A DNA stretch of 64,000 nt from Longimicrobiales bacterium (lineage in GTDB: Bacteria > Gemmatimonadota > Gemmatimonadetes > Longimicrobiales > Gaopeijiaceae). The translations under genes were made by a program, and so were the position numbers. This document shows positions 29,951-40,891 of this stretch, piece after piece. The stretch covers positions 1,216,001 through 1,280,000 of the forward strand of contig CBDFIQ010000002.1 of NCBI GenBank assembly GCA_965248195.1, written 5' to 3'. Numbering within the stretch: position 1 is the first letter of the stretch; each line of letters begins with the position of its first letter. Below the pieces are notes generated by a model that made no database searches, was not told where the DNA came from, and saw only the letters and a list, made by a program, of their open reading frames with translations.

Positions 29951-30261
29951 GAAGCTGAAGACCCGCGCTCGCCTTGTGTTTGGCGGGCGGAAGAGATAAT
30001 GCGCCAGATCACGTCCCGAGTGAGTTCTTCGTCCACTCCCAGGGCCCTCGATCGCTCCGCCACGCGTCGCACGACTCGGGCCTCGCGTGCTGGATCGAGG
30101 ATCGGGAGGCCGAGCGATTCTTTCATGCGCCCGATTTCCAGGGCCAAGTCGCGGCGTTCCCCGATCAGCTTAATTATCTCATCGTCGACCGCGATGATAC
30201 GGTCCCTCAACTCCTCGAGTCGTTCCGAGGGCGGGGCGGTCGACTCGGGATCCTTACTCAT
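29947..30261 (-). CDS. Chorismate mutase (AroQ type)
   Basis: LEELRDRIIAVDDEIIKLIGER, IGRMK, PILDPARE. Confidence 0.88.
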   Translation of the reverse strand: MSKDPESTAPPSERLEELRDRIIAVDDEIIKLIGERRDLALEIGRMKESLGLPILDPAREARVVRRVAERSRALGVDEELTRDVIWRIISSARQTQGERGSSAS

Positions 30262-31135
30262 CCGACGGGCCATCCTCACTCCAGGAGTAAAAACCCTCTC
30301 CGGATTTCTTGCCGAGTTTGCCTTCCGCGACCATCTGCTCGAGAAGTTGGGGTGGACGAAACGCCTCCGACCCTAACGCTCCGTAAAGGTACGTGGCGGC
30401 CTCCATCTGGACGTCAAGTCCGATCAGATCCGTGAGCCTGAGTGGCCCTTCCCGATGACCATACCCGAGCACCATCGCATCGTCGATGTCGGCCGGGCGA
30501 GTCACACCGGCTTCGACCATGCGGATCGCCTCCAAGCATAGAATCATCCCCAAACGCGAAGCCGCGAAGCCGGGCGAGTCCCGCACGAGGATCGGTTGTT
30601 TGCCGATGGACTGGACGAATTCGACGACCAATGCCCGAGTCACTTCGGACGTGTCCTCCCCCCAAACGACCTCCACGAGATCATTCTCGTGGACCGGATT
30701 GAAGAAATGGATCCCGAGGAAACGTGCTGGATGGTCCATGTCGCTCGCCAACTGGGAGATGCTGAGCGAGTCCGTGTTCGTGGCGAAAATGGTGTCTTCT
30801 CCGACCCTTTTGTCCAGGAGTCTGAACAAACCACGTTTGATATCCATCGATTCTGGAGCCGCTTCGATGATCAGTTGAGCGTCCTGCACCGCAAAAGCGA
30901 GGTCGGAGCTTCGCTGAATTCGGCTCAGAACCTCGTCCCGCTCCGCTTCGGTGAGTTTCCCCATGGAGACGACTTTATCGAGGTCCGTGCGGATCAGCTG
31001 GAGCCCCGTATCGACGGCGCCGAGGTCAACGTCGTACAGGACCGTCTCGGCGCCGGCCCTCGCACACACGTGTGCGATCCCGTGTCCCATGGTCCCCGCT
31101 CCCAGGACGGTGACACGTTGAAGGGGTAGCGTCAT
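30254..31135 (-). CDS. 3-hydroxyacyl-CoA dehydrogenase family protein
   Basis: VLGAGTMGHGIA, IEAAPE, GIHFFNPV, LVEVV, DSPGF, GKLGKKSGEGFY. Confidence 0.92.
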   Translation of the reverse strand: MTLPLQRVTVLGAGTMGHGIAHVCARAGAETVLYDVDLGAVDTGLQLIRTDLDKVVSMGKLTEAERDEVLSRIQRSSDLAFAVQDAQLIIEAAPESMDIKRGLFRLLDKRVGEDTIFATNTDSLSISQLASDMDHPARFLGIHFFNPVHENDLVEVVWGEDTSEVTRALVVEFVQSIGKQPILVRDSPGFAASRLGMILCLEAIRMVEAGVTRPADIDDAMVLGYGHREGPLRLTDLIGLDVQMEAATYLYGALGSEAFRPPQLLEQMVAEGKLGKKSGEGFYSWSEDGPSDE

Positions 31136-31606
31136 CCGCACTCCGCGGGAATGATCCAGCCGGTGCATCCGACGACCTCACGCTCGGCAATGTCACAGAC
31201 GGCAAGGAGGGTCTCGGGCCCGTGAGTACAGTTCATGGCAGCCCCCAGGACGGGATCGGCGATCAGCATTCTTGAACCCAATTCATCTGCGGGGGGGGGG
31301 TCTCCATTTGAGAGGATTTTAGCTCGAATCGACCGATCGGTAAACCTGGCCCTCGGTAACGTCGACGCGTGGAAGGGGACACCCTTCCAGTCAAGAGCGT
31401 TCGTTCATGCCGACGCTCATGGCCGGTGCGAGAAGGTTCGCGGACTCCGGACCGTACTCCACGCAGTTGCCGGATTAGGCATCGCATCCCCTGGTGTGTG
31501 CTCTCGGGGCGACCCGTTATGGGGATGAGGTTACTGTTTAGACCCGGGTTCCGGTCGTACCTTTCAGTTGTCCGATACGAGGAGTGACCCCGAGGAGGGG
31601 AATGTT

Positions 31607-33094
31607 ATGCCGCGGAATTTCATGACTGCCGTCGCCGTGCTGTTCGGGGGACTTCTGGGCTGGCCGTCGGGTGCCCGTGCACAGGATGCCCCATTGGTGT
31701 TCAGGGTACCCGTGACTGGGGTGGTGGAAATGGGGCTCGCCCCATTCATCGAGCGAGCAATCCGTGAGGCTGAGGATGCCGGCGTGAGCGTCGTCGTTCT
31801 CGACATCGATACGCCCGGTGGACGCGTCGATTCGGCGGAGCGCATCGCCGACGCGATCTCGGACTCGGGCGTGCCGGTCTATGCCTTCGTGAACCGCCGA
31901 GCTTTTTCGGCGGGCGCTTTGATTTCTTTGGCGACGCGGGGCATCTACATGAGGCCCGGGTCGGTCATCGGCGCGGCGACGCCGGTCGATGGTTCCGGTA
32001 CGAAGGCCTCCGAGAAGATCGTTTCGGCGATGCGAAGTGAAATGCGGGCACTCGCCGAGGCGCAGGGGCTCGACCCGGCGATCGCCGAGGCGATGGTGGA
32101 CGAGTCTTTGGCTATTCCGGACGTGGTAGACGTCGGGCAGCTCCTCACGTTGACCACGGAAGAGGCGGTTCGCATCGGTTATGCGACCCGGACGGAGGAC
32201 TTCTCGACCTTACTCGAGGAGCTCGGCGTCGCCGGCGCTCAGGTCACCGACGTCGGAGTCAATTGGGCCGAACGGTTCGTCCGGTTTTTCTCGCACCCAG
32301 TGGTGTCCCCCTTCCTGCTTACACTGGGGTTCTTGGGGCTCATCATCGAAATCAAGACGCCGACTTTCGGGCTCGCGGGGCTTGCCGGCGTGCTTTCTCT
32401 GTCCCTGTTTTTCGGTTCCCATTTGATTCTTGGATTGGCCGGTTGGGAAGATCTCCTTCTTGTCGGAGCGGGGGTCCTTTTCGTCGCTGCCGAAGTGCTT
32501 CTGATCCCCGGTTTCGGCCTTTTTGGACTTTTGGGCATCGCCGGAATCGCCGGCGGCATCTACATGAGTCTGCTGGGAAGTCTTCCCACGGCTCAGGACT
32601 TCAGCCGGGCGGGGAGCGTGCTCGCCACGACATTGGTGCTCTTGTTGGTCACGGGATGGGCTCTCCTGCGGCATTTGCCAAAAAGCAAGAGGATGTTTCA
32701 GTCGGGACTCTTTCTCGGCACGCGGACCGACCGGGCCATCGGATACGAGTCCGCCGAACGGAGGACCGACCTCCTTGGCACCGAGGGTGTCGCCGCCACA
32801 GATCTCCGGCCCTCGGGCGTGGGTATCTTCCATGACGAACGTGTCGATATCGTGTCCGAGTCGGAGTGGATCGAGGAGGGCACGCCCGTCCGCGTCGTGA
32901 GCGCAGAGGGATACCGCCAAGTGGTTCGGCCCATCCGCAACACGGGAGAGAACGCTGGCGCAGCCGGTCCCGATGGCGTCGACGCGGCATCGGAACGCTC
33001 CAACGAAGAAGACCCCGCAGTGGCGTCCTCCGGTGAAGAGAGCGCGGTCCAAGACTCACCTGACCGCGAACAATCTGACGTAGCGGACGTCTAA
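31607..33094 (+). CDS. nfeD: NfeD family protein (long form with ClpP-like domain)
   Basis: Signal peptide; DIDTPGG, AFSAGALI, TM bundle, TDLRPSG OB-fold tail; upstream of floA. Confidence 0.88.
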   Translation: MPRNFMTAVAVLFGGLLGWPSGARAQDAPLVFRVPVTGVVEMGLAPFIERAIREAEDAGVSVVVLDIDTPGGRVDSAERIADAISDSGVPVYAFVNRRAFSAGALISLATRGIYMRPGSVIGAATPVDGSGTKASEKIVSAMRSEMRALAEAQGLDPAIAEAMVDESLAIPDVVDVGQLLTLTTEEAVRIGYATRTEDFSTLLEELGVAGAQVTDVGVNWAERFVRFFSHPVVSPFLLTLGFLGLIIEIKTPTFGLAGLAGVLSLSLFFGSHLILGLAGWEDLLLVGAGVLFVAAEVLLIPGFGLFGLLGIAGIAGGIYMSLLGSLPTAQDFSRAGSVLATTLVLLLVTGWALLRHLPKSKRMFQSGLFLGTRTDRAIGYESAERRTDLLGTEGVAATDLRPSGVGIFHDERVDIVSESEWIEEGTPVRVVSAEGYRQVVRPIRNTGENAGAAGPDGVDAASERSNEEDPAVASSGEESAVQDSPDREQSDVADV

Positions 33095-33159
33095 CACTTC
33101 CGGACCGACCTTCGGAAACTCCCCCGTTGGGTCGACCGGTGCAGCGAAAGGAACACTAA

Positions 33160-34149
33160 ATGCAGGACGGCGACATTTTCAGCTTGTTCGTGCTTTTCAT
33201 GGCCATCGGATTGATCTCGGTGGTCGCGTGGGCGGTCCCCGTACGCTTGTGGATCGAAGCGCTATCTGCTGGCACGCGTGTCGGGATGGGGTACCTGGTC
33301 GGTATGCGTTTGCGTAAGGTGAGTCCGCCGGCGGTGGTTCGGCCTCTGATCTGGGCGACCAAGGCGGGCATTCCGTTGAGCGTGAACGACCTCGAGGCGC
33401 ATTATCTCGCGGGAGGGCAGGTGGATCGCGTGGTCCGTGCGCTCATCAGCGCCGACAAGGCGAACATCGAGATGGGCTTCCAGCAGGCGGCGGCCATCGA
33501 CCTGGCGGGCCGCGACGTGTTCGAGGCGGTGCAGGTCTCGGTGAACCCGAAGGTGATCAACACGCCCAAGGTGGCCGCGATGGCGAAGGACGGCATTCAG
33601 CTCATCGCGCAGGCTCGCGTGACCGTACGGGCGAACATCAATCGCCTGGTGGGTGGCGCCGGCGAGGACACCATTCTGGCTCGGGTCGGAGAGGGCATCG
33701 TCTCCTCCATCGGCTCGGCGAACACCCACAAGGAAGTCCTCGAGAACCCGGATGCGATCTCGAAAACGGTTCTCGCCAAGGGGCTCGATTCCGGTACCGC
33801 CTTCGAGATCCTTTCGATCGACATCGCCGACGTCGACGTCGGGAAGAACATCGGCGCCGACCTCCAGACGCATCAGGCCGACGCCGATAAGCGCGTGGCC
33901 CAGGCCCGGGCCGAGGAGCGACGCGCGATGGCTGTCGCTAGCGAGCAGGAGATGAAAGCGAAGGTCGAGGAGATGCGGGCCGAGCTGGTGAAGGCCGAGG
34001 CCGAGGTTCCGCTCGCGCTGGCCGACGCGTTCCGGCAGGGTCATATGGGCGTCATGGACTACGTCCGATACAACAACATCCAATCCGACACGTCCATGCG
34101 GCAAGCCATCGCGAGCGGCGATGAGCCGGACTCGGAGCCGTTGGCCTAA
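33160..34149 (+). CDS. floA: Flotillin-like protein FloA
   Basis: [56 protein letters not shown]. Confidence 0.95.
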   Translation: MQDGDIFSLFVLFMAIGLISVVAWAVPVRLWIEALSAGTRVGMGYLVGMRLRKVSPPAVVRPLIWATKAGIPLSVNDLEAHYLAGGQVDRVVRALISADKANIEMGFQQAAAIDLAGRDVFEAVQVSVNPKVINTPKVAAMAKDGIQLIAQARVTVRANINRLVGGAGEDTILARVGEGIVSSIGSANTHKEVLENPDAISKTVLAKGLDSGTAFEILSIDIADVDVGKNIGADLQTHQADADKRVAQARAEERRAMAVASEQEMKAKVEEMRAELVKAEAEVPLALADAFRQGHMGVMDYVRYNNIQSDTSMRQAIASGDEPDSEPLA

Positions 34150-34246
34150 ATGCGTCGGCGCGTACCGATGGCGGGCTTCTCTGGATGGGGGGCTTCTGTG
34201 GGGATACACCGGGGGATCGAGTGGGGCGTGCGGGAGGAAGACGCTC

Positions 34247-34906
34247 ATGGATGAGGGCCTGATCCAGGTTCTGGTCGTCGCCGCCTTTATCATTATCTCG
34301 ATCATAGACGGAGCCGCTCGCAAGCGCCGCAAGGAAGCGCAACGCCTGGGGCGTGTCCCCACGCCCGACGGATTCCCGGAAGCCGCCGACGATCTTGGTC
34401 AGGCGGATGAGTCGTCCGGAGGGTCTGGAGGGATGGTGCTCGAGGAGGTCTGGGAGGAAATCGCCGCGCTGACCAGCGAGCGCCCGGAGCGTAGGGTGGA
34501 CTCCCTACGCGGTCCGGAGATCCTCGATCCAAAGCCGGCTCGCCATCTAAGCTCCGAATTGGATGCTTGGACTGCCCCGCAAGAAGACGTTTCGAGCAGG
34601 ACACGATCGGCCGATCTCCAGGCTGGGTACTTACACCCCGACCAAGCGCTGACTCACAGAGAGCACGCCCAGGTTGCTTCCCCGGCCGGGCCCCTCCCTG
34701 AGGAGCTGCCACACGAGTTCGTGCCGCATCCCCCTGAGCAGCCGAGCAAGCCGCAGAAGGAGCCGCGCCGCGCCCAGAGACCGCGGGATCTGCTCTCGGG
34801 GGTCAGGCTCGGTGCCAGGAGGTCCCTCCGGGACGCCATCATCGTGGCTGAGGTGCTGAATGCTCCGGTGGCACTACGAGACTCGGCCTGGAAGCCTCTT
34901 TTCTAG
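34247..34906 (+). CDS. Hypothetical membrane-anchored protein (third gene of nfeD-floA operon)
   Basis: N-terminal TM, low-complexity middle, C-terminal LRDAIIVAEVLNAPVALR. Confidence 0.65.
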   Translation: MDEGLIQVLVVAAFIIISIIDGAARKRRKEAQRLGRVPTPDGFPEAADDLGQADESSGGSGGMVLEEVWEEIAALTSERPERRVDSLRGPEILDPKPARHLSSELDAWTAPQEDVSSRTRSADLQAGYLHPDQALTHREHAQVASPAGPLPEELPHEFVPHPPEQPSKPQKEPRRAQRPRDLLSGVRLGARRSLRDAIIVAEVLNAPVALRDSAWKPLF

Positions 34907-34932
34907 GCCCACGCTTCTGGCCCCACGCGGTC

Positions 34933-37638
34933 CTACATCTCACCCAGTGCGATCCTCCGGAGCACCGTGTGTAGGATTCCACCGTTTCGGTAATACTCCA
35001 CGTCCACATCCGAATCGAGACGCGCGACGGTCGAAAACCTCGTTTCATGACCGTCATCCGTGCGGGCCACGACGGTAAGGCGGGCGTGAGGCTCCAGTCC
35101 CTCCGAAACCCCTTCGATATCGAATGTCTCGCGCCCGGTCAGACCGAGCGACTCCGGCGTGTCGCCCTCTTCGAACTGAAGGGGCAGCACGCCCATGCCC
35201 ACGAGATTGCTGAGGTGGATACGCTCGTAGCTCTCCGCAATCACGGCTCTGACGCCGAGTAGCAGGGTCCCCTTCGCGGCCCAATCCCGGGAGCTGCCTG
35301 TCCCATACTCCCGGCCGGCGAGAACGACCAGGGGAGTGCCCTCGGACTGATACCGCATGGCGGCATCGTAGATCGGCAGCTCGTCTCCGCTCGGGATGTG
35401 GACCGTGTAGCCGCCCTCCCGGTCGTCGAGCATCAGATTCCGGATGCGCACGTTGCCGAACGTGCCCCGGATCATCACCTCGTGATTACCACGTCTGGAA
35501 CCGAAGGTGTTGAATTGCCATGGTTTTATGCCTCGCTCCCGGAGGTACGTCCCTGCGGGTTCGTCCTTGGGGATGGCGCCGGCCGGGGAGATGTGGTCCG
35601 TGGTCGTGGTTTGCCCGAATATGCCGAGGACGCGAGCGCCCTGGATGTCTGCGAGCTCGCCGACCTCCAGAGACATCCCTTGGAAGAACGGGGGATTGCG
35701 GATGTATGTGGAGTCATCGTCCCAGTCGTACAGGTTGTCGTCGTCCGAGGGGAGGGGAAGAGCCTGCCACAGGTCGTTGCCTTCAAAGACCTCGGCGTAG
35801 CGCCGCTCGAACATTTCGGGTACCAGCGCTTCCTGGACGGTCGCCCGGATGGTGTCCGAATCGGGCCAGAGGTCCCGAAGGTAAACCGGCCCCTCGGCAC
35901 CCTGCTCCAGCGGCTCGGTCTGCCAGTCGATGTCGACTCGACCCGCCAGGGCGTACGCCACCACGAGCATCGGAGACGCCAGGTAGTTGGCGCGGATCTC
36001 AGGGTGAATACGCGCCTCGAAATTCCGATTTCCGGAGAGCACGGCGGCGACCACCAGGCCCTGGTCCCGAATAGCCTCGGAGATCGGTTCGGCGAGGGGA
36101 CCCGAATTCCCGATGCAAGTCGTACACCCGTACCCGACGACGCCGAACCGGAGCCGGTCGAGATAGTCCATGAGGCCCGAAGCCTCCAAGTAATCCGTGA
36201 CGACCTTCGAGCCCGGCGCCATGCTCGACTTGACCCACGGTTTGACCTCGAGTCCGAGCTCCACCGCCCTCTTTGCCAATAACCCCGCGCCCACCATGAC
36301 CGTGGGGTTGGATGTGTTCGTGCAGCTCGTGATCGCCGCGATCACGATACTTCCGTCTCCGAGCTCACACGTCTCCCCGTCCAGGTCCACCTGAACGGTT
36401 CGCTCGCCAGCTCCGTTTACCGAAAATCCGGAGGGTAACAAAGCCGGCAAGTCGCTCGCGAACGCCTGTGGAAGATCACCCAGCGCGATCCGATCCTGGG
36501 GCCGTTTGGGGCCCGCCACACTGGGCTCGACCGTGCCGAGATCCATGTGGAGGACGTCGGTATACTCGGGATCCGGGGTCTCGTCCGTACGGAACAGGCG
36601 CTGCTCCTTGCTGATCCGCTCGACCCGCTCCACGAGCTCCGTACTCCGGCCAGAACCGCTCAAGTAGGCCAGGGTCTCGTCATCCACGGGAAAAAAACCG
36701 ATGGTCGCACCGTATTCAGGAGACATGTTCGCCAGTGTGGCTCGATCCGGCAGCGTCAGATTCGATAGCCCGGGCCCGAAGTATTCCACGAAACGCCCAA
36801 CCACTCTGTGGGCGCGGAGCATCTGTACCACATGAAGGACCAAGTCCGTGGCCGTGGCGCCCTCCGGCAGCTCTCCGGTGAACTTCACACCCACGACCTC
36901 GGGGAGGAGCATGTAGTAAGGCTGACCGGTGAGAACCGCTTCCGCCTCAATACCTCCCACGCCCCAACCCACGACGCCGAGCCCGTTGATCATGGTAGTG
37001 TGGGAGTCCGTGCCCACCAACGTGTCGGGATAGGCGAGGGAGACGCCCTCTTCCGTCCTTCGGTGCACCACCGAGGCCAGGTACTCGAGGTTAACCTGGT
37101 GTACGATACCGGTGCCCGGCGGAACTACCCGGAAGTCCTCGAAGGCGTGCTGGGCCCAGCGTAAAAGGGCATAACGCTCCCCATTTCGCTCGAATTCCCG
37201 CTCCACGTTCTGCCGGTACGCCTCGGGGGTGCCAAAGAAGTCGACCTGAACGGAATGATCGATGACGAGGTCGGCCGGTACCACTGGGTTGATCCGATTG
37301 GGATCACCGCCGAGCGCTTTGAGTCCATCCCGCATGGCGGCCAGGTCGACGACCGCCGGAACGCCCGTGAAGTCCTGGAGAACGACGCGCGACGGCATGA
37401 ACGGCACATCCGCGCCCGCGTTGGTGGGGCTCCACCCGGCTACGGCCTTCACGTGCTCTTCCCCCACGTACCGTCCACCTGAATGCCGGAGGGCGTTCTC
37501 GAGGAGGATGCGTATCGAAAACGGCAGGCGGTCCAAGTCCGATATGCCGGACGCCTCGAGCTTCGCCAGGCTGTAGAACGAGGTTGAGCCCTCCATCAAG
37601 TCGATCTTGGTGAGCGCGCCAAAGGGATCGTTACTCAT
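34933..37638 (-). CDS. acnA: Aconitate hydratase A
   Basis: LQDFTGVPAVVDLA, DHSVQVD, GTDSHT, AITSCTNTSNP, GYGCTTCIGNSG, YGTGSSRDWAAKG. Confidence 0.97.
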   Translation of the reverse strand: MSNDPFGALTKIDLMEGSTSFYSLAKLEASGISDLDRLPFSIRILLENALRHSGGRYVGEEHVKAVAGWSPTNAGADVPFMPSRVVLQDFTGVPAVVDLAAMRDGLKALGGDPNRINPVVPADLVIDHSVQVDFFGTPEAYRQNVEREFERNGERYALLRWAQHAFEDFRVVPPGTGIVHQVNLEYLASVVHRRTEEGVSLAYPDTLVGTDSHTTMINGLGVVGWGVGGIEAEAVLTGQPYYMLLPEVVGVKFTGELPEGATATDLVLHVVQMLRAHRVVGRFVEYFGPGLSNLTLPDRATLANMSPEYGATIGFFPVDDETLAYLSGSGRSTELVERVERISKEQRLFRTDETPDPEYTDVLHMDLGTVEPSVAGPKRPQDRIALGDLPQAFASDLPALLPSGFSVNGAGERTVQVDLDGETCELGDGSIVIAAITSCTNTSNPTVMVGAGLLAKRAVELGLEVKPWVKSSMAPGSKVVTDYLEASGLMDYLDRLRFGVVGYGCTTCIGNSGPLAEPISEAIRDQGLVVAAVLSGNRNFEARIHPEIRANYLASPMLVVAYALAGRVDIDWQTEPLEQGAEGPVYLRDLWPDSDTIRATVQEALVPEMFERRYAEVFEGNDLWQALPLPSDDDNLYDWDDDSTYIRNPPFFQGMSLEVGELADIQGARVLGIFGQTTTTDHISPAGAIPKDEPAGTYLRERGIKPWQFNTFGSRRGNHEVMIRGTFGNVRIRNLMLDDREGGYTVHIPSGDELPIYDAAMRYQSEGTPLVVLAGREYGTGSSRDWAAKGTLLLGVRAVIAESYERIHLSNLVGMGVLPLQFEEGDTPESLGLTGRETFDIEGVSEGLEPHARLTVVARTDDGHETRFSTVARLDSDVDVEYYRNGGILHTVLRRIALGEM

Positions 37639-37839
37639 TGGACCTCATGTTTATGCGTGTACAAGTTCATCTGCGTCGCGACGGCGCGTGTGCTGTCGAG
37701 TGGACGGTCGCCCCGTGTGACAAGAACACAATATCAAAGGCGCTGCATCGGAAACACCCCGGCACCCACTCGAGTCGCCCCACACCGGGATGCCTCATGA
37801 CCGTCGCCCCGTGCGCGGCATGCCCCACGGGAGGAAGTG

Positions 37840-39642
37840 TTAAGTCAGAAAGCCGACCCTGGGCAAAAGCTTGAGCACGCCCCAGCCGGCTCCTGCCGCC
37901 ACGATCAGACCGATCATTCCTCCGGCCACATTTCCGTACAACAGGAAACCCGTGCCGAAGAGTGCGGCGTACACCAACACACATCCGAGGAACCATGAGA
38001 GAAGGCCGGCGGCCAATTCCCCGCCGGAGCCCGATTCGAGGTCGCCCGACTCGTCCCGGTCCGGGCCGCCGGTGCGGGGCACGACAGCGTCCCATCCCTG
38101 TCCGAGCGGTCGAATCTTTGCGTGGAAGTCCCTGAGCGTTTGGGTATCCACCGAGGGCGTCAGGAAGGTGACCACGAACCAACCTACGGTCGTCACGGCG
38201 ACACCCACCACGAGTTCCGCCGAAGGATCCCATCTCGCGAAACCGAGCTCCGTGTGGAAAAATCCGAAGTACACGGCGACCACGAACGAGATCACCATCG
38301 CGGAGATCTCGCTCCACGTGTTGATCCGCCACCAGAACCAGCGAAGCAGAAATACCAGCCCTGTTCCGGCTCCGATCTGAAGGAGGATCTGAAACGCCTG
38401 CATCGCCGTCTCCAACTGAAGGCCGACGAATGAGGAAAGTATGATGAGCGCGACCGTCGAGACGCGGGCCACCCTCACGTAGTCCTTCTCCTTCAGATCC
38501 GGAGCCACGAAGCGGCGGTAGACGTCGTCCACGACGTAGGACGCCCCCCAGTTCAGGTGGGTGCTGATCGTCGACATATAGGCAGCTGCTAGGGAAGCCA
38601 CGACCAGACCGAGGAGGCCGTGGGGTAGAAACACGAGCATGGCCGGATATGCCAGATCGTTTCCGATGACCGACGGATCGATGTTCGGAAACGCCGCGGT
38701 TAGGTCACTGAGGGTGGGATAGACGATCAGCGAGGCCAGCGCGACCAGGATCCATGGCCATGGCCGGAGGGCGTAGTGAGCCACGTTGAACCAGAGCGTG
38801 GCCTGCATGGCGTGCTTCTCGTCCTTGGCCGCCAGTATGCGCTGGGCTGTGTATCCGCCGCCTCCCGGCTCGGCCCCGGGGTACCAGGTGCTCCACCACT
38901 GCACGGCGATCGGCACGATGAAGATTGCAGCGGCCGTCGTGGGATCCGAAAAATCAGGGAGAAACGAGAGCTTTTCGGTGACGTTGGCGTGGGCCATCAG
39001 TCCCGATAGCCCTCCCACCTCCGGCAGCCTGAGAGCGTAGACCGCAGCCGCCACGGAACCAATCATCGAGATGGTGAAAAGGAGCAGGTCCGTGACCAGG
39101 ATCCCCCACAGGCCCGAAGTGGCGGAGTAAATCACGGTGGCGGTGCCGGCCACGAGAACCACGGTGTACTTGTCGACACCAAGTAGAACCCCGCCGATCT
39201 TGATGGCCGCCAACGTCACCGTGGCCATGATCATGACGTTGAAGAACACGCCGAGGTACACGGCACGGAAGGCTCTCAGGAAGGCAGCCGATCGCCCGGC
39301 GTACCTCAGTTCGTAGAATCCGATGTCCGTCAGCACCCCGGAGCGTCGCCAGAGCTTGGCATAAAAGAACACGGTGCACATTCCGGTAATGACGAACGCC
39401 CACCAAACCCAGTTCTGGCTGACACCTCCCGAGCGGACGAGGTCGGTGACGAGGTTGGGCGTGTCGGCCGAAAAGGTTGTGGCCACCATGGAGGTCCCGA
39501 TCAACCACCACGGCATGGTGCGGCCTGCGAGGAAGTAGTCCTCCCTCCCGCCTCCCGCCCGTCGGGCGAAGGCCAACCCTACGGTGAGGATCGTGACTCC
39601 ATAGAGCGCCAGAACCCACAAGTCGAGTGTCGAGAGTTGCAC
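37840..39642 (-). CDS. Sodium:solute symporter family protein
   Basis: DYFLAGRTMPWW, SMVATTFSADTP, AAYMSTIST; about 14 TM helices; TTG/GTG-type start uncertain. Confidence 0.92.
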   Translation of the reverse strand: MQLSTLDLWVLALYGVTILTVGLAFARRAGGGREDYFLAGRTMPWWLIGTSMVATTFSADTPNLVTDLVRSGGVSQNWVWWAFVITGMCTVFFYAKLWRRSGVLTDIGFYELRYAGRSAAFLRAFRAVYLGVFFNVMIMATVTLAAIKIGGVLLGVDKYTVVLVAGTATVIYSATSGLWGILVTDLLLFTISMIGSVAAAVYALRLPEVGGLSGLMAHANVTEKLSFLPDFSDPTTAAAIFIVPIAVQWWSTWYPGAEPGGGGYTAQRILAAKDEKHAMQATLWFNVAHYALRPWPWILVALASLIVYPTLSDLTAAFPNIDPSVIGNDLAYPAMLVFLPHGLLGLVVASLAAAYMSTISTHLNWGASYVVDDVYRRFVAPDLKEKDYVRVARVSTVALIILSSFVGLQLETAMQAFQILLQIGAGTGLVFLLRWFWWRINTWSEISAMVISFVVAVYFGFFHTELGFARWDPSAELVVGVAVTTVGWFVVTFLTPSVDTQTLRDFHAKIRPLGQGWDAVVPRTGGPDRDESGDLESGSGGELAAGLLSWFLGCVLVYAALFGTGFLLYGNVAGGMIGLIVAAGAGWGVLKLLPRVGFLT

Positions 39643-39646
39643 TAAA

Positions 39647-40033
39647 TCACAAGTCCCAGCCCGCCCGCGCGAGCATCCATAGATTGATGACGACGACGAC
39701 CAGAGCCGTGAGGTAAAACGCGGGGGGAGTCATGGTGTCGGGTGACGCGAAGAAGGCGCCCCCGATCAGGGGAGGCGCTCGCATGCCGTGCAGCCCCCAC
39801 ACGATCCGGGCGAACCAGACGTTGCGCCAGTGGTAAAGGCCCACGAAAACGAACGCCGCCAACGCGGCACCGGCAACGAGCCACGCCCACGGCGAGCCGA
39901 AGCGCACGGGCAGGGTGCCCGCCTGGAGCATCGCGTACGCTGCAGCCTCATACAGGATGGCTACGTGCAGGTAAACGAAACCCGCCTGCCGGAACTTTGC
40001 CACACGTGCCGGCGGCCAATCTTGCCTCAGCAC
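39647..40033 (-). CDS. Hypothetical membrane protein
   Basis: 128 aa, 3-4 hydrophobic helices, tightly upstream of the symporter. Confidence 0.65.
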   Translation of the reverse strand: MLRQDWPPARVAKFRQAGFVYLHVAILYEAAAYAMLQAGTLPVRFGSPWAWLVAGAALAAFVFVGLYHWRNVWFARIVWGLHGMRAPPLIGGAFFASPDTMTPPAFYLTALVVVVINLWMLARAGWDL

Positions 40034-40215
40034 GGCTCCTCCCGAAGCAGGTTAGGCACAAGTGCTGTCGGTCGACCCCGCCACAGAGTCGAGGAAGACG
40101 GTGGGGATTCTACCGTTTCTCGACGGAGTCGGACACTGTTGATACTTGACAAGGCCAGATGCGAGCGCCGTTATGAGATACGTTTTAGAAGTCATACCCG
40201 AGAGTGGGAGCCGTC

Positions 40216-40638
40216 ATGTCTTTCCACCGCTGTGCATCACTCGTTCTCGCGCTCGCAGTCTCGGCTTGCGCTTCCTCTGCAGGCACCTCCATCGGGGGAG
40301 AGTCCGAAACGGCGTCGGCGACGCCCCGGGGGAACTCGCGTCTCATCGTCCGAGCTCAACTCGAACAACTCGCGGGCCGGAGCGCCTATGAGGCAATCGA
40401 AACTCTTAACCGGCGCTGGATACAACCCCAGCGAAGCTCCAGCTTTGTTGCTGGAGTCTCGTATGCGCGGGTCGTGGTCGATGGGGTGACCCGCGGCGAG
40501 CTCGATGAGCTCTATCGAATTAGTAGTGACAACGTCGAAACCATGCGGTACCTCTCTGCCCCAGACGCCACGACCAAGTACGGCACCGGCTATCCTGGTG
40601 GGGTCATCGAAGTGACGATAAGGAGCGGCGGACAGTAG
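40216..40638 (+). CDS. Lipoprotein with stand-alone TonB-plug-like domain (paralog A)
   Basis: Lipobox VSAC; SAYEAIETLNRRW, VVVDG, VETMRYLSAPDATTKYGTGYPGGVIEV. Confidence 0.75.
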   Translation: MSFHRCASLVLALAVSACASSAGTSIGGESETASATPRGNSRLIVRAQLEQLAGRSAYEAIETLNRRWIQPQRSSSFVAGVSYARVVVDGVTRGELDELYRISSDNVETMRYLSAPDATTKYGTGYPGGVIEVTIRSGGQ

Positions 40639-40891
40639 GAGGTCCGACGCCCTGAAGACTCCCCCTAAGGATTCGGAACGATGCTGGGTCGCGACGGCAC
40701 AGTTGGCGTGTTGATGAGCGCAGCAGTTGGAACCCTGTTTCTCGTTCCAGCCCACGGTTTGGCGCAGGATTCTCCCTCGGTTTCATGCGCGGATGTCTAT
40801 TCCCGGTCACCGTTGGAGCCCTCTCTGCCAACGTACGTGAGACACGGAGCACGCAAAGAATTAGAGTAGGGCGAAGGCAGAGAAAACGAAC

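Noticed and set aside
33262..34362. 366-aa minus-strand ORF
   Set aside because: Antisense shadow of floA
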